A stretch of 63,581 nucleotides of DNA, counting the filler, from Guillardia theta CCMP2712 (taxonomy: Eukaryota; Protista; Cryptophyta), in NCBI RefSeq assembly GCF_000315625.1. It is 8 parts of 8 records of this genome, joined end to end, with 100 filler letters (N's around TTAATTAATTAA, not from the genome) between each part and the next. Parts side by side here need not be neighbours in the genome. Positions count along the whole stretch, not along the records: positions 19,368 to 28,300 come from NW_005434632.1; positions 28,401 to 45,569 come from NW_005434367.1; 6 more parts are not named here. One strand, 5' to 3'. The translations under genes and the position numbers were made by a program. Positions 23,701 to 35,619 of the stretch are shown here, one piece after another. Within the stretch, counting starts at the first letter, position 1; each line of letters opens with the position of its first letter. The notes beneath the pieces are model-generated. The model ran no database searches. It was not told the origin of the DNA and saw nothing but the letters and a program-made list of their open reading frames with translations.

Positions 23701-26154
23701 TTTGATCTCATCTGTGTTTGCAGCCAAGTTTTGTAGGCATACCTGTGCTCTGTTCTCGTCACTTTTACCGTTGCCATTTGTGTTTGACTGCGTTGAAGTA
23801 TCTGACGTCAGTCCTTTCATCGCAGCTGCAGACTGGTGCATAATAGGGCGTTTGTTGTCTTTCAATTTGCGTTCACTGCCCTGTATACCATCATTTGAAG
23901 AATTTTGATGCTGATTGAAAGCCATTGGCGATTCTGCAGTATTCATCCCAGTTGGATCTGCAAACCAAAAAAATCAAATGATCTCTCTCAGAGACTATAC
24001 TGCAACAAGTACTATTGGCAAGATGGTTGCGAGCAGCGACGTTGACCGTTGGTGCACCCGTATTTGACGATTTATTGCCTACACGCGATTCTGACTCATT
24101 GCCAGCCTTGTGGATGTTTCCATGCTTAAAGTTACCAGCAGCTTCGTTATTGGGAGTCAAAACTTTTGCTGGATCCCTGTTGGATTCCCTATTTTCTGTC
24201 AGCTCATAGTCAAAGACGATGACCAAATATTACAACCTATTCACGCCAGTTTGTGATTTAAGCGCTTGGATATAACTACTTGCTATTGCAGCTGACACAT
24301 CATGTCAGCAACTAAAAACCAAATAATTCAAGCAATTACCAGTCGAGTGAGCTGGAAGTTTTGGATAGGATTGAACACTCTCTTCAGGATTGGTCGTTGC
24401 CGGCTGATATTTGGAGGAAAATCAGCTGCAATTAACAAAAAAATTGTACCTTTGCAGCCGCTGGTAATCCTTGTTGCATATTTCCAACAACATGACTTAA
24501 TGCTTCTTCAAAAAGCGAGCTCCCTTGAAACAAATCCATGTCAAAGACCTTGATTTGCACTTGATCAAGGAGCAGACCTCCCTCAAAAGATTCTGCAGTA
24601 TCTGCAGTGTAGGAAAGGGACGATCTCAAATCCTGAAAATCATAGCCAACTGTGTCAAGAGCAAGCCCACCCCTCTCGAAAAACAACTAAAGGAGAAAAG
24701 CCAAATTCAGGATGCTACCTTCAAGCGTGGAAAGCTTTGTGGAAACTCAAACACCGGTAGATTCCCATTTCCCTTTGAAACCTCGCTCACATTGGTATTC
24801 AAGACGGGAGGCCGATCTCCTTTTCCTAAAAATAATTCTTTCGTCAAGAGCAATCTTTTGGTCCGACATTCATACGTGCATCAGAACCTGCCAGAACAGT
24901 GCTAGCATAAGTTGTTTTTGAGCTGGGAAAGCTATCCTTGCTGCTGACAGCCTTCCCATCTGAGTTGGAGTCCTTTTGGGGCAATAATGGTTTGTTCAGC
25001 ACCTTATCTTTCTCCAATGCAGAAATTTTTGGCAGCAGACTATGCGGCAATGAAGTTCCGGCAGGATCCAAAAAGTGTGGTTCCATGTAAACAGGCTTTC
25101 CTATCGACCCTTTATCGCTTGTCGGGTTCAAAAGCAAATTTGAACCGAAGGTCAGAGCAGTAATTGGAGTTCTTCTTTGTTGGATAGCAGGATTGATGAA
25201 CAAATGTACAGATACTGGATTCGATCCAAGTGATTTGTGCATAGATACAGTAGAATGGGCATCCATAGCAGAGGTATCCTGCTTAAAACCATTACCAGCA
25301 TTTCTTTTGCCTGGGCATGGTTTATGCTGGGACTTGAAATGCTCGTTCTGTAAGGAACACTACTCCCTTCATCCAAGTGACTTCTATTCTCCGCAGCAAA
25401 CAGGGAGTAAATTCCGCTATGCATACTATTACCCGATGACATCTTTTCAATGTTGTCTCTTTGTTCGGTGCGCCAGTGATCAGTAGTCCAATCTCGCCTC
25501 CCGGAAGAATGACTGCTTTCCCTATCTTGGTTCCCAGAATTTTTCGTGGCAGGAGTCACGTTTGATTGCCGTTCATGCAATGGTGATGGTGATTGGTCCA
25601 TTATGGGTTGGGCATTATTTTGTTGGTTGCTGCGGCAAAACTTTGTTCCAGAACTGAATTGCTGGGAAGTTGGGGTTGCGTTCCATTCTGCAAACTTTCC
25701 GCCCAGTTTTGCCATTTTCCCACTGTTCCCATAAGTTCAACTTTAGCACCCTCTTCCTTATTTTCTGTGCTGCTACTTCCTGAGATTTAGCCTCTGTCGG
25801 CCAGCTCACATGTGACCTGCTCAGATTGTTGAGCTCCTCCCTAGGGAGTTTCTCTCCGACTGATGTTGTTGGAATGCGTGAAAGAGAGTCCACATTAAAA
25901 CGAGATTCTTTGTTCACAATTCCTGGTATGTTTTGTGAAGACATCCAATCGAAGAGACCTCTCCTACCAACTTCATTTGGTGTAGTTTCAGATAAACCGG
26001 GCAAGTTGCTTTGAAGCATGTGACCTCCTTGATTTGCATGAGGGAAGCCCGGAAGCGAGACAGAAGAGAAAGAAAGGGGAAGATGCTCTATTTTGTGTTG
26101 CGGGAATGAGTTGCTACTCCCCTTTTCCTCCCCCTCCCCCCGCCATCCTGCCAT
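20750..26154 (-). CDS. Large multi-exon chromatin protein with two BAH domains
   Basis: BAH1 (YIARAEKLWE..VTCRWFYRPSDL..EVFISNTIDENPIASVQGLC, ~22650-23130) and BAH2 (IVAFWLE..MRCRWFFRPYQ..VFLSDEYDENYVTTIIDK, ~20900-21600); consecutive minus-strand ORFs separated by short introns. Confidence 0.8.
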
Positions 26155-27358
26155 GCCTGCTGCCACCGGCGACGCCCAAAAAACCACCCTACCCCCCCAA
26201 TCATCAATAGATTACCCCAGTATCTCTCACATGACCGCCTTCAATCTACACCCTGCTACTACTGTCTGACCCTCTAAAAAGCCCCCACCTCCCTCGAAGC
26301 CTTCAACCCTGGTGTACCCACCCCATGGATGCGTCTCTTGTCTACCCCACCTACATCGAGATTTGCGAACCCATCCTTGCACCACCGCAAACCCCTCCTA
26401 GAGACCAAATGTTTCTAAACACCCGTAGGGGTGGATTGTTCCCTGTAACCCCTAACCCCCTTCTATCCCTTTATTGGATTGTCTTCGTCCATCCACCCAC
26501 CTATCACGTATGGATTTGCGAAACTTAATCGTTGCCTACCGGTGGTGGAAACTAGACGAATAACCTCTCTATAGTCTGCCCCGAGCCACCGGCTCCTCGA
26601 CACACCCTACCCACTTCCATCACTACCCCCACCATGATTATCAATCAAATATCGGAAAGCTCATCGCTTCACTCGTCCCCTACTACACAGAAAAAAAAAT
26701 GAAAAAAAGAATAAAAAGAAGGAGTATCTTTTCTCCGTTTTTTTTTCTTCTGAAATTTAATAAGTATTATAGATATTTCTTTCTTTCTTTCTTTCTTTCT
26801 TTTACCATGTACCACACATGTTCGTTTCTTTTTTGTCAGCAACTGTCATCGTACAATTCGTTACGCTACATTGTTATAAGAGCTACACGAGAATGCTGAG
26901 AAAAAGCTAATATACAGAAGGCGGCGCACACGGATATCGCCTCGACAAAGCAGGCAAAGGGAGGTGGAGGAAGAGGAGAGAGCACGATGAAATCCTTGAA
27001 TAAACTGCAACATGATATTGAGTTGACTTCTGCACATGCCTAAGAGGGGAGAGAGCAAGACATGGCAAGCGGCAAATTGACGGATGTGTTAAAAAAGGGA
27101 ATTGCATTGCATGATATCAACCCAGAAAACAACTTATCATCAGTTTGCAGAAAGAATCAGAGAAGGGTATACAACCTGCAGCAGCTCAGTTTGTAAATAG
27201 TGTGGTTGTTGTGGTTGGAAAAGATTTCTTGAGAGACTCAGCATGCAAGATTGAAATATGATGCTGAAAATGGAGATTTGCTAGAGGGATGCAATGTACC
27301 TGGGACAACAAGGAGAAGAATGAATCCTTGCGAAAAATGAGATGGAATTGCTTGCTTC

Positions 27359-27388
27359 TTTAGGGTTTAGGGTTTAGGGAGGGTTTAG
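27359..27388 (+). repeat. Short interstitial (TTTAGGG)3 telomere-like tract
   Basis: tttagggtttagggtttagggagggtttag. Confidence 0.6.
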
Positions 27389-28400
27389 ATCCTGAAGAAT
27401 TGTGTTCGAATGGGTAAAGTATAATGTTGTGTGTATAATGTTTTGTACAATCGTAACATACTTCTTGTCATCTGTCTCGAACAAAGGGATACTGCTGGTG
27501 AAGCTCTCAGGAGAAAAACAGATAGGGATGGCTTTCAAGAAAATTCTAGGGGGTGAAAGGGCGAGATGATGAGCGAGATGAGATCATCCCGTTCATGTCA
27601 ATAGATTTAAGTAGGTACTTGGCAGGAAAGCTCTGTTGAAAAAAGTTGGCAAGCAGAAGGAGACAAATTCAGAACATACGAAAGGAGGACAGGAAGTGTA
27701 TCGAGGGAAGGACAACGGTTGTCTTGGTATATACAAAAATTCGGGTTCGCAAATTTTCAGTGACCTGTACAGGATGGACAGAATGTTTTGAATAAGAATC
27801 ATGCAGAGGGCCTGGCAGAACGAAAGGGGAATAGCAGAACGAAATTTTCAGAGCAGGTGTAGGAGTGGGAGGGAAAATCTAAGAAATCAAAAACCCCTTT
27901 TGAAAACCTCGAGCAGTCTTCTAACGGTTTTGATTATTATTGAGATGCCACAATATTGTTTGAAAGGAGCTGAAATCATTAAATCCAGAAGGTGTTTGCT
28001 TACCTGAGGGAGAAAGAACAAGTGCATTTGAACAAGGCAAGGAAGCACTGCTTGGAACAATCAAAAAATGATTTAACGCCACGAAAAGTTTAGACCGTAA
28101 TTAGGAAGGTAGTAAAAGCGAGATTGAATTGCTGCATTAGCAAAACGGATTGAGCAGTATGAGAATGAAGCGGGAAAAGCGGGAATATGAAGGGTTTAGA
28201 GTGTGAATGGGAGAAAGTGGGAACATGAACACTTCAAAGGATATTATCAGGTGCCAGGTTTGAGCAGCGGGAGGGGTGTAGGATATTGATTCCTGGGACT
28301 NNNNNNNNNNNNNNNNNNNNNNNNNNNNNNNNNNNNNNNNNNNNTTAATTAATTAANNNNNNNNNNNNNNNNNNNNNNNNNNNNNNNNNNNNNNNNNNNN

Positions 28401-28474
28401 AGACGACTGCAGCTTCAGCCCCGCCTCAGACCCCTGGAGGCCCGCCAGGAGGCTAAGTGTCCGGAGATTGGCCG
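28401..28474 (+). repeat. Partial 332-bp satellite unit at contig start
   Basis: Matches satellite segment gactgcagc..tcagccccgcctcagacccc..ggagattggccg. Confidence 0.9.
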
Positions 28475-30323
28475 CATTCCATTGGGTTCTCGACTGGATT
28501 TGTTTGTAGCAGGCGAGCCTGTTTGTACCGAGGTATAATTGAGTTTTACCGGGTTCAAGGATTTTTGTATCAGGATCCCCTTTCCCCCTCCGTACTAAGT
28601 TTGTACTGTCAATGTCAGCAATTCCCGTGGGCTGGCAGTGCTCCCTCGACTATCACCTCTACACCACCGGTATGTTTCACAAGAGATCATGTCAGGGTAG
28701 GTAGTCTGATTTCAGGAGTGGGCGAGAATCATAAAAGTCTTGGGCATTCTGGTAGTGGAATTGACGCTGAAAAGCAATCTCTTCGATTACCGTTAGGATT
28801 CGAACGCGTGGTCAAACAGCACCCACCTGAGCTAGAGTCTTGTACTCGAGTGGGGTGGCTGATGTGGGTTTGAATCGCCACGCCTTTGACCCCATTATTT
28901 CCATTCCAAACCTCGTTGTCGCGTAGGGTGGGTCACACTCTCGAGCGTTGCGAGTTTTACGGTTCGAATTTGACCAAGGTTCACCCTCTAACCCCCAGTC
29001 TCTCAATTTCAAATGGGAAAATGATGGGTAGGGGGTCCCCCCATTTGTCTCCACTCCAGCCCCCCCCTCCCTCGACGAACAAGAGATGGTGAGATTGTCC
29101 CATTGACGCGCGTGAGGACGATAATGAACAATGTGAGACTTCGAATCCTACCATGCATGGATATGCAGGAAAAGAAGATACGGTTACCTGTCTATTTGTG
29201 ATGACTTGGTCTCTTCTGTGAAATTCAAGAAGTAGAAAGGGATTTGAACTCAACATCTCATCCTCAACATAAAGCCAATGCAACATCTCTTTCATTACCA
29301 CGCTGCCTCAAATTGCACTAAAACCACTTAGATCACTTAGCTTGGGCTGAAGATGATGTCAAAGTTGAGCAAATAATTCAAATTCTTGCACAATGACGAT
29401 TGATTGAAAATGTTCAAGTGTAATTTCAGAATGGACAGAAGATGGCATAGCAACAGCCGATCTCAGCATGTATTTCGAAACTGTGATTGTAAGCAAAAAC
29501 ATCATACGAAATAGTGTCCACCTTGTGTTTCTCTCTGTCTCATGGCCTACGGTATCATTCGTGGCACAACCCTATATGGCCAGTGAGTTGCATCAGGGAC
29601 ACTGTAGATGTGCTGATTGGACAATGGCAGGTACATGATATGGTTGGCGATATTCAGAGTTTTAAGAAGATAATCGTTTGTATCAGATGCTTGTTTCAGA
29701 CGTGTCGATATGAGATTGCTTTCTACACTGAAAATCACGGCTGTGAATCGTATCATCGTGTTACTGCGGCATTGCCAATGATGTTGATGAAGCATCTTTC
29801 ATGACAACCCGTGCAAATGCCATCTTATTCTCTCTGCAAATCCTTTCTCGCAATTGCTCCAACCATGCAAATTCAGGAAAATGTCTTGTACACTCCGAGA
29901 TAGTATTGGCATGTTTGACATCTAGGCTGTGATACCAGGGATCAAGCGATATATAGAGTAGGCAGAAGCTGTATCAGTCATGCAAACTTGAATCTGCATA
30001 ACAACAGTTTCTGAAGATTGTTTATTNNNNNNNNNNNNNNNNNNNNNNNNNNNNNNNNNNNNNNNNNNNNNNNNNNNNNNNNNNNNNNNNNNNNNNNNNN
30101 NNNNNNNNNNNNNNNNNNNNNNNNNNNNNNNNNNNNNNNNNNNNNNNNNNNNNNNNNNNNNNNNNNNNNNNNNNNNNNNNNNNNNNNNNNNNNNNNNNNN
30201 NNNNNNNNNNNNNNNNNNNNNNNNNNNNNNNNNNNNNNNNNNNNNNNNNNNNNNNNNNNNNNNNNNNNNNNNNNNNNNNNNNNNNNNNNNNNNNNNNNNN
30301 NNNNNNNNNNNNNNNNNNNNNNN

Positions 30324-30830
30324 TGACGATGAGTATGTGTAAACAATCACATCTGCTAAGCGTTGCTATTGATTGCCAAGCAGAAACACACTTACAACAA
30401 CCTGGAATAGATCATCCTTGTGGTTCTTGCAGGATCATCTTCATGATAGCGGATTCCACAACCAGGAGTTAAAAGAACCCTTAAGCCCAGGGTGCTATTT
30501 GTCCATTGAGCTTCAATCGAACTCTGAGGTCGAGATAGGAGGGAACTTTGAATCTCCAAGATCAGGGGTTCATGCAAAATGGAAGGTGGTACATCTTGAA
30601 AGTCAATGTTTTCAATGGAGGACATTTTATCTCCATTTCTTCTGGTCTCGATGCCTCACAACGCAGCTGATCGTGAGCTTATGCGTATTGCAACCCCAGG
30701 AAAACATCATCGTTGGCGCGACATGCGTGCCCGACCCATTGCGTCTGATTACAAAATGTAAGGATCTGATTTGACATATCCGAAATATTTGGACATAATT
30801 TGAAATTTGAAGGGTATGTTTGTTTATTTG
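30324..30830 (-). pseudogene. Degenerate partial duplicate of the 5' end of the partner gene (copy of ~35150-35630)
   Basis: Near-identical MSSIENIDFQDVPPSILHEPLILEIQSSLL..RYHEDDPARTTR, then frameshift and stop. Confidence 0.8.
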
Positions 30831-31140
30831 CCTGAACTGTTCGTTTGTTTGTTTGTCTCTTCTGTATGTCTGTTTGTCTGTCTGTTCTGTGTATGTGTGT
30901 TTGTCTGTTGCTGTTCGTTTGTTTGTTTGTCTCTTCTGTATGTCTGTTTGTCTGTCTGTTCTGTGTATGTGTGTTTGTCTGTTGCTGTTCGTTTGTTTGT
31001 TTGTCTCTTCTGTATGTGTGTTTGTCTGCGTGAGCAAAACACAGTTTTTTTGTTTTGCTCACTACCCCTGCTTGTCTCTTCTGTATGTGTGTTTGTCTGC
31101 GTGAGCAAAACACAGTTTTTTGTTTTGCTCACTACCCCTG
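30815..31140. repeat. GT-rich tandem repeats (~74-bp and ~71-bp units); the latter carry 12-bp-stem hairpins
   Basis: GTGAGCAAAACA..TGTTTTGCTCAC at 31030-31062 and 31101-31132. Confidence 0.8.
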
Positions 31141-31508
31141 CAGAGTCAGTGAAACCCTACGACCATGCAGCAACACCCCCAAAAACACAAGTTGAACGTG
31201 GGGTGCGCTTATTATCATATGAAAAGGGGGTAGGTAGTGGGAACACAGCCCCTTTTCTGATCAAACCTCAAACACAAAACGTAGTACCTACCCATTCACT
31301 CCGGCCTACCCTACCAAATATCATGATAAATCGGTATAAAGTGTAGGTAGGGGTAGTTTTCCACCGTGTTCAGGGGTGGGGGTTATATCCCTACTATATT
31401 ACAACCTGTGCAATTGTTCTCTACCATGTGTGGAAATATTCCATGTCAAGGGCTCAACATTTGTTCTAAAATTTCATACTTGAACTGTAAAGTCGAGACC
31501 AAGCTGAA

Positions 31509-34307
31509 ATGTTCAATCAAATTGCGGAATCATTAGCAACAAATAGTAGTTTTCCCGGACAAAATCCACCCACTGATTGCCATTTTTCTCGCAACGTGTT
31601 CTCTCTACCGCAGTGCAAATGTCGTGTGGAAGATTTCAATCCTTTTCATCCATGTTGTTACCGCCGCCCTTTGGATGGCTACGACATGCAGCGAATTGTT
31701 CAAGCTTATCCTGTTCGAAGTATGGACAGCTACACGATGGCATTCCTACAAGGCTTGAATCCAACACCTTATCGTCGTGTCAACTACGATGAAGCTACCT
31801 GGAGGGGACTTGAACATTTTGCATTGCTGGAAGGCTTCATGGAGAAAACTTCTGATAAGCCTGATGTTGCTTCTTTCTTGTACTACGTTGCAAACGGATA
31901 TCTTTTTTCGCCATCGTCTGTTGTTGGAAGTACTCTGCAAGGCTACTTCAATTGCGCGAGTCGGTTGGCACACTTGAGTGCAGAATATGAAAAACTCAAA
32001 AGTGAGCATCAGCGCATGAAAGATGCAATTCCCAACATTGACAAGGTTCTAAATTTGACATTTGAGGACATTTGGAAAGCAAATTTCCCTCAGGAGATAT
32101 GCCCGGCAAATCTGGAAGACATTTCCAATGATTCTGCAGACAAAAAGCTAAGAATTCTCAAGGACATTCTTGCTGAAATAACTCCCACCTCCAATTTGCT
32201 CTCTGGAGGTCTGCAACGCATGACAGGCTTGAATGGAAGTGGCAAAGCTTTCGGCCATCTCAGTGATCTACGTCAAAGTTCCGATTCACTGTTTCACCTG
32301 GAGTCGTTTATGAATGGTTTTGCACAATCTGCATCTTTTCATTTGAAAAAGCATGCCAAGACCAACAAGAGGATAAAGAAAGCGTTGCAAAAAATGTACA
32401 ACTCTGTTTGTGCGAGAATAGACGAGCTTTCTCTTATGACTTTGCAAAATGGACTGACTCACAAGGCGTTGGACGATCTTCACAAAATGATGAAGGAAAG
32501 TGGGCTTCAAGTTATGCACAGTCCTACGGAAATCAGCAGGACGAAGGCCAAGCAAAAAAGATTAGTAGAAGAAAAGGTTGATGGAATAGTCGAGCTTCCT
32601 GGGGGCCATGGAGCAAATCTTATCAAAGTGACGGAATTGTTTTTCATGAAGCTTGTGCAGTCGACACCAGAATTGATGTCGGTCAAAGGATTGAAGTTGT
32701 CCACCTGCTTCGATAGCGTCCGACTAGGCTGTTCAGCTCAGTCAGGAACAGAGCATACAGACTTTGCAATGAATTTGATTGGAGTCTGGGATGATGCCGT
32801 GCAGTTTGCAGACTGTTTTTTCGATCAAGAAACAAGATTAAATTCTCCTGCATCGTATGTCACATTTTTACTGATCTATTTGCAAGATTCAATTGAAAAT
32901 ATCAAGGCAAATCTTTGGGATGAATATGGACTTGACTTGAAGGCATTCTTAGGCGAACTGATCTGTGCGGATGGAAGGAAGATAGCTGCTGGGCTGCATT
33001 TTTACAGGGACGACAATGGAAATTTGACGTGCATCGATGGTCGGAAACGGTCCATGAGTGACCCTGCTGCTCATCCTGAGCTCATCATTCCCCTCTCAAT
33101 TGAATTTCGTGGCGACCTCAAGGGCTTGTGGCATCTTGTCGGCATGAAAGGTAATTGCTGATAGCATGGTTGCCTCAGTGTCCTTTCTAAACGTCATTTT
33201 CGCATAGGTGCCAAGGGAGATCAATGCTGCTTGTACTGCCATGTAAAATCAGCTGAGCGTCATCTCATCTTCGATATCGCGGAGGTTCCTGAGGACATCA
33301 CTGTCGATGATTTCTGCAAGGAAAGAGCAATTCCAGCAGATGTGTTCTGGTTGGTTCACGAAGTGCTAACCAATGGAGGGCAATGCAGTATCGTACATCA
33401 ATGCATGTTCGGTGGAAAATGTTTGAGCAAGGCAGACGTGTCTAAGCTGAATGTGTCAAAAAGGAGCAAGACACTGAAACGTGGGCAGAAGGTGGTCGTA
33501 CTGAAGCAGGATCACGGAATGGAAAGAGAACATGAGGTTTTGAAAGAACATGGACTTGATTGCAAAAGCCTTGTCATTTGTGTTCTCCATCTCAAATTGC
33601 GGATTGTATACTGTGTCCTCAAGTGTGTATACAAAACAGCTCAACGAAAGCACCGAACTAAACAAGCTCAAAGCATTTTACACAAGTCTGGAATCAAGTA
33701 TAAGTTGGAAGAAAACAATGGGAAGCTTCCTAACTTGACAGGCAAACAGTGCGACGATTTGTTGAACCGAGCTATGGGACCCCTACTCGACCTCCTTTAT
33801 GATGATGTTGATGAGCGAAATAGATACACTGAGATCTACAAAGAGTTGTCATCCGTACTTTCGACATTGTCTTGTACGCATGTTTCCCATCTTACCGATG
33901 AAGACATTGGTACATTAGCGACGAGGATCAATTCATTCGTTATCAGATACGTCGTAGAATGCGGCGATAAGGAACTCTTCAGTGCTGTGTATTTTCACTT
34001 TTTATCTGCCGGACATGTCGCAGAATTATTCCACTATCATCTTTCAGAACGAAACGTTACTTTGGGTGCTCTGAGCATGTCAAGTTTGGAACTAAGGCAC
34101 AGAATTTGCGGACGACCTGCTTGGAGAAAAGGATTGATGGAAGGCAATGCAGCAGCAGGTAGAAAACGATCTCATGAAAACATGACCGAGGATCATGTAG
34201 ATACAGCGACTCTGCAGCAAATGTCTAGGAATATGAGCAATTTTTTTGCATTCAGAAATTTGCTAACGTCAGGATTAGGAACGATTGTAAATTTGTACTA
34301 CTCTTAG
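31509..34307 (+). CDS. RAG1/Transib/Chapaev-like DDE transposase, 2 exons (31509-33150, 33208-34307), ~913 aa
   Basis: 57-nt GT-AG intron joins the ORFs in frame (EFRGDLKGLWHLVGMKGAKGDQCCLYC); motifs STCFD, GDLK..G..CxxC, CVLHLKLRI, LTGKQCDDLL, YFHFLSAGHV, LGALSMSSLELRHR parallel RAG1 ESCDG, YDEK..CTLC, DALHCDIG, MNGNFARKL, YFHKTLAHV, IGAWASEGNESGNK. Confidence 0.8.
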
Positions 34308-34322
34308 TTCAGTGCCCATGAT

Positions 34323-35576
34323 TTATAACACTCTCTGTTGCCTCTTTTTCTTGTCTCGCCAATCAACCCATTGGATCTTGCCCATCATGCCACCAATGCT
34401 ACCGACTGTTTCAAAACCCACGGACATATTCCCCCGTTTGTACGACAAATACATCGGTCCGCCCACAAACATTTGTGTCAGATTTTCTTGAAGCTTCGGT
34501 GTCGACTTGAAAGGGATATCTAACACTTCTCTGAAAGCTTTATCTTGAACGATGTTCTCTGCAAATATCCATGTGAATTGTGATTTGTTCCTCTTCGCCT
34601 TGACATGTTTGAAAAGACGAGGTGGAATTAAACGAAGCAAACTCCTCATTGAAATATTCTTGCAAGTAAAGTCAAGATCTTGTGTGCCTGCTTTCTTGAA
34701 TGTACGACTCCTGGCTGTGAGCCATAGCTGCATGCTGTTCTTAATCTCTTCGATGTCTGAGACTGTCTTGAGGTAACCGGATGGTGTGAGCACTGAAGCT
34801 TCGATGCTGGAAGATACTATCTTCTTAATTGTTTGTTCAGGGTCTTGCAATTTGAAGTACGAAATCTCACAATAGGGCTTTCGACGATTGTAGTTGTCTT
34901 CATTGAAGAAAATGTACCCTACAACATCGATAATCCTTGATTGCGGTGCTTGAGACGACATAGAATCAAGAAGGAATGGATACTGAATAGTTAGCACATC
35001 CTGAATCAGGTCCAGGTCCACTTCTTCCGTGTACACTGATTGGAAGCATGTTCTCGCATTCATCGACCTCACAATCTGCCTCATGGACTTGTTTTGTAAG
35101 CCATGCTTTGAAATATTTGCATCAACTTTGTCCAAAAGATTCTTGTCATACAACATGAAAATCTCCACCCTGCAATCGGAAACCAAACGTTTGATTATAC
35201 CGTACCTTGTGGTTCTTGCAGGATCATCTTCATGATAGCGGATTCCACAACCAGGAGTTAAAAGAACCCGTAAGCCCAGGGTGCTATTTGTCCATTGAGC
35301 TTCAATCGAACTCTGAGGTTGAGATAGGAGGGAACTTTGAATCTCCAAGATCAGGGGTTCATGCAAAATGGAAGGTGGTACATCTTGAAAGTCAATGTTT
35401 TCAATGGAGGACATTTTATCTCCATTTCTTCTGGTCTCGATGCCTCTCAACGCAGCTGATCGTTGGCGCGACATGTGCCCGTCAACAGCGCCAAGGCCCG
35501 TCGCCGTGAATAATTTATGCGTGTTTTGCCAAACCCATTGCGTCTGATTACAAAATGTAAGGATCTGATTTGACAT
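34323..35576 (-). CDS. Transposon partner protein convergent with the transposase, possible divergent BAH domain (start uncertain)
   Basis: Intact ORF of ~360-420 aa; stop codon 15 bp from the transposase stop; homolog at 42846-43898. Confidence 0.7.
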   Translation of the reverse strand: MSNQILTFCNQTQWVWQNTHKLFTATGLGAVDGHMSRQRSAALRGIETRRNGDKMSSIENIDFQDVPPSILHEPLILEIQSSLLSQPQSSIEAQWTNSTLGLRVLLTPGCGIRYHEDDPARTTRYGIIKRLVSDCRVEIFMLYDKNLLDKVDANISKHGLQNKSMRQIVRSMNARTCFQSVYTEEVDLDLIQDVLTIQYPFLLDSMSSQAPQSRIIDVVGYIFFNEDNYNRRKPYCEISYFKLQDPEQTIKKIVSSSIEASVLTPSGYLKTVSDIEEIKNSMQLWLTARSRTFKKAGTQDLDFTCKNISMRSLLRLIPPRLFKHVKAKRNKSQFTWIFAENIVQDKAFREVLDIPFKSTPKLQENLTQMFVGGPMYLSYKRGNMSVGFETVGSIGGMMGKIQWVDWRDKKKRQQRVL

Positions 35577-35619
35577 ATCCAAAATATTTGGGAGCACTTT
35601 GAAATTTGCCAGGGGGTGT

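Noticed and set aside
31030-31132. CACAGT plus GTTTTTTGT resembling RSS heptamer and nonamer
   Set aside because: No 12/23 spacer, wrong relative orientation, low-complexity context and not at the element ends.
34323-35597. Calling the partner gene RAG2
   Set aside because: No kelch repeats or PHD cysteine pattern; only the convergent arrangement is similar.
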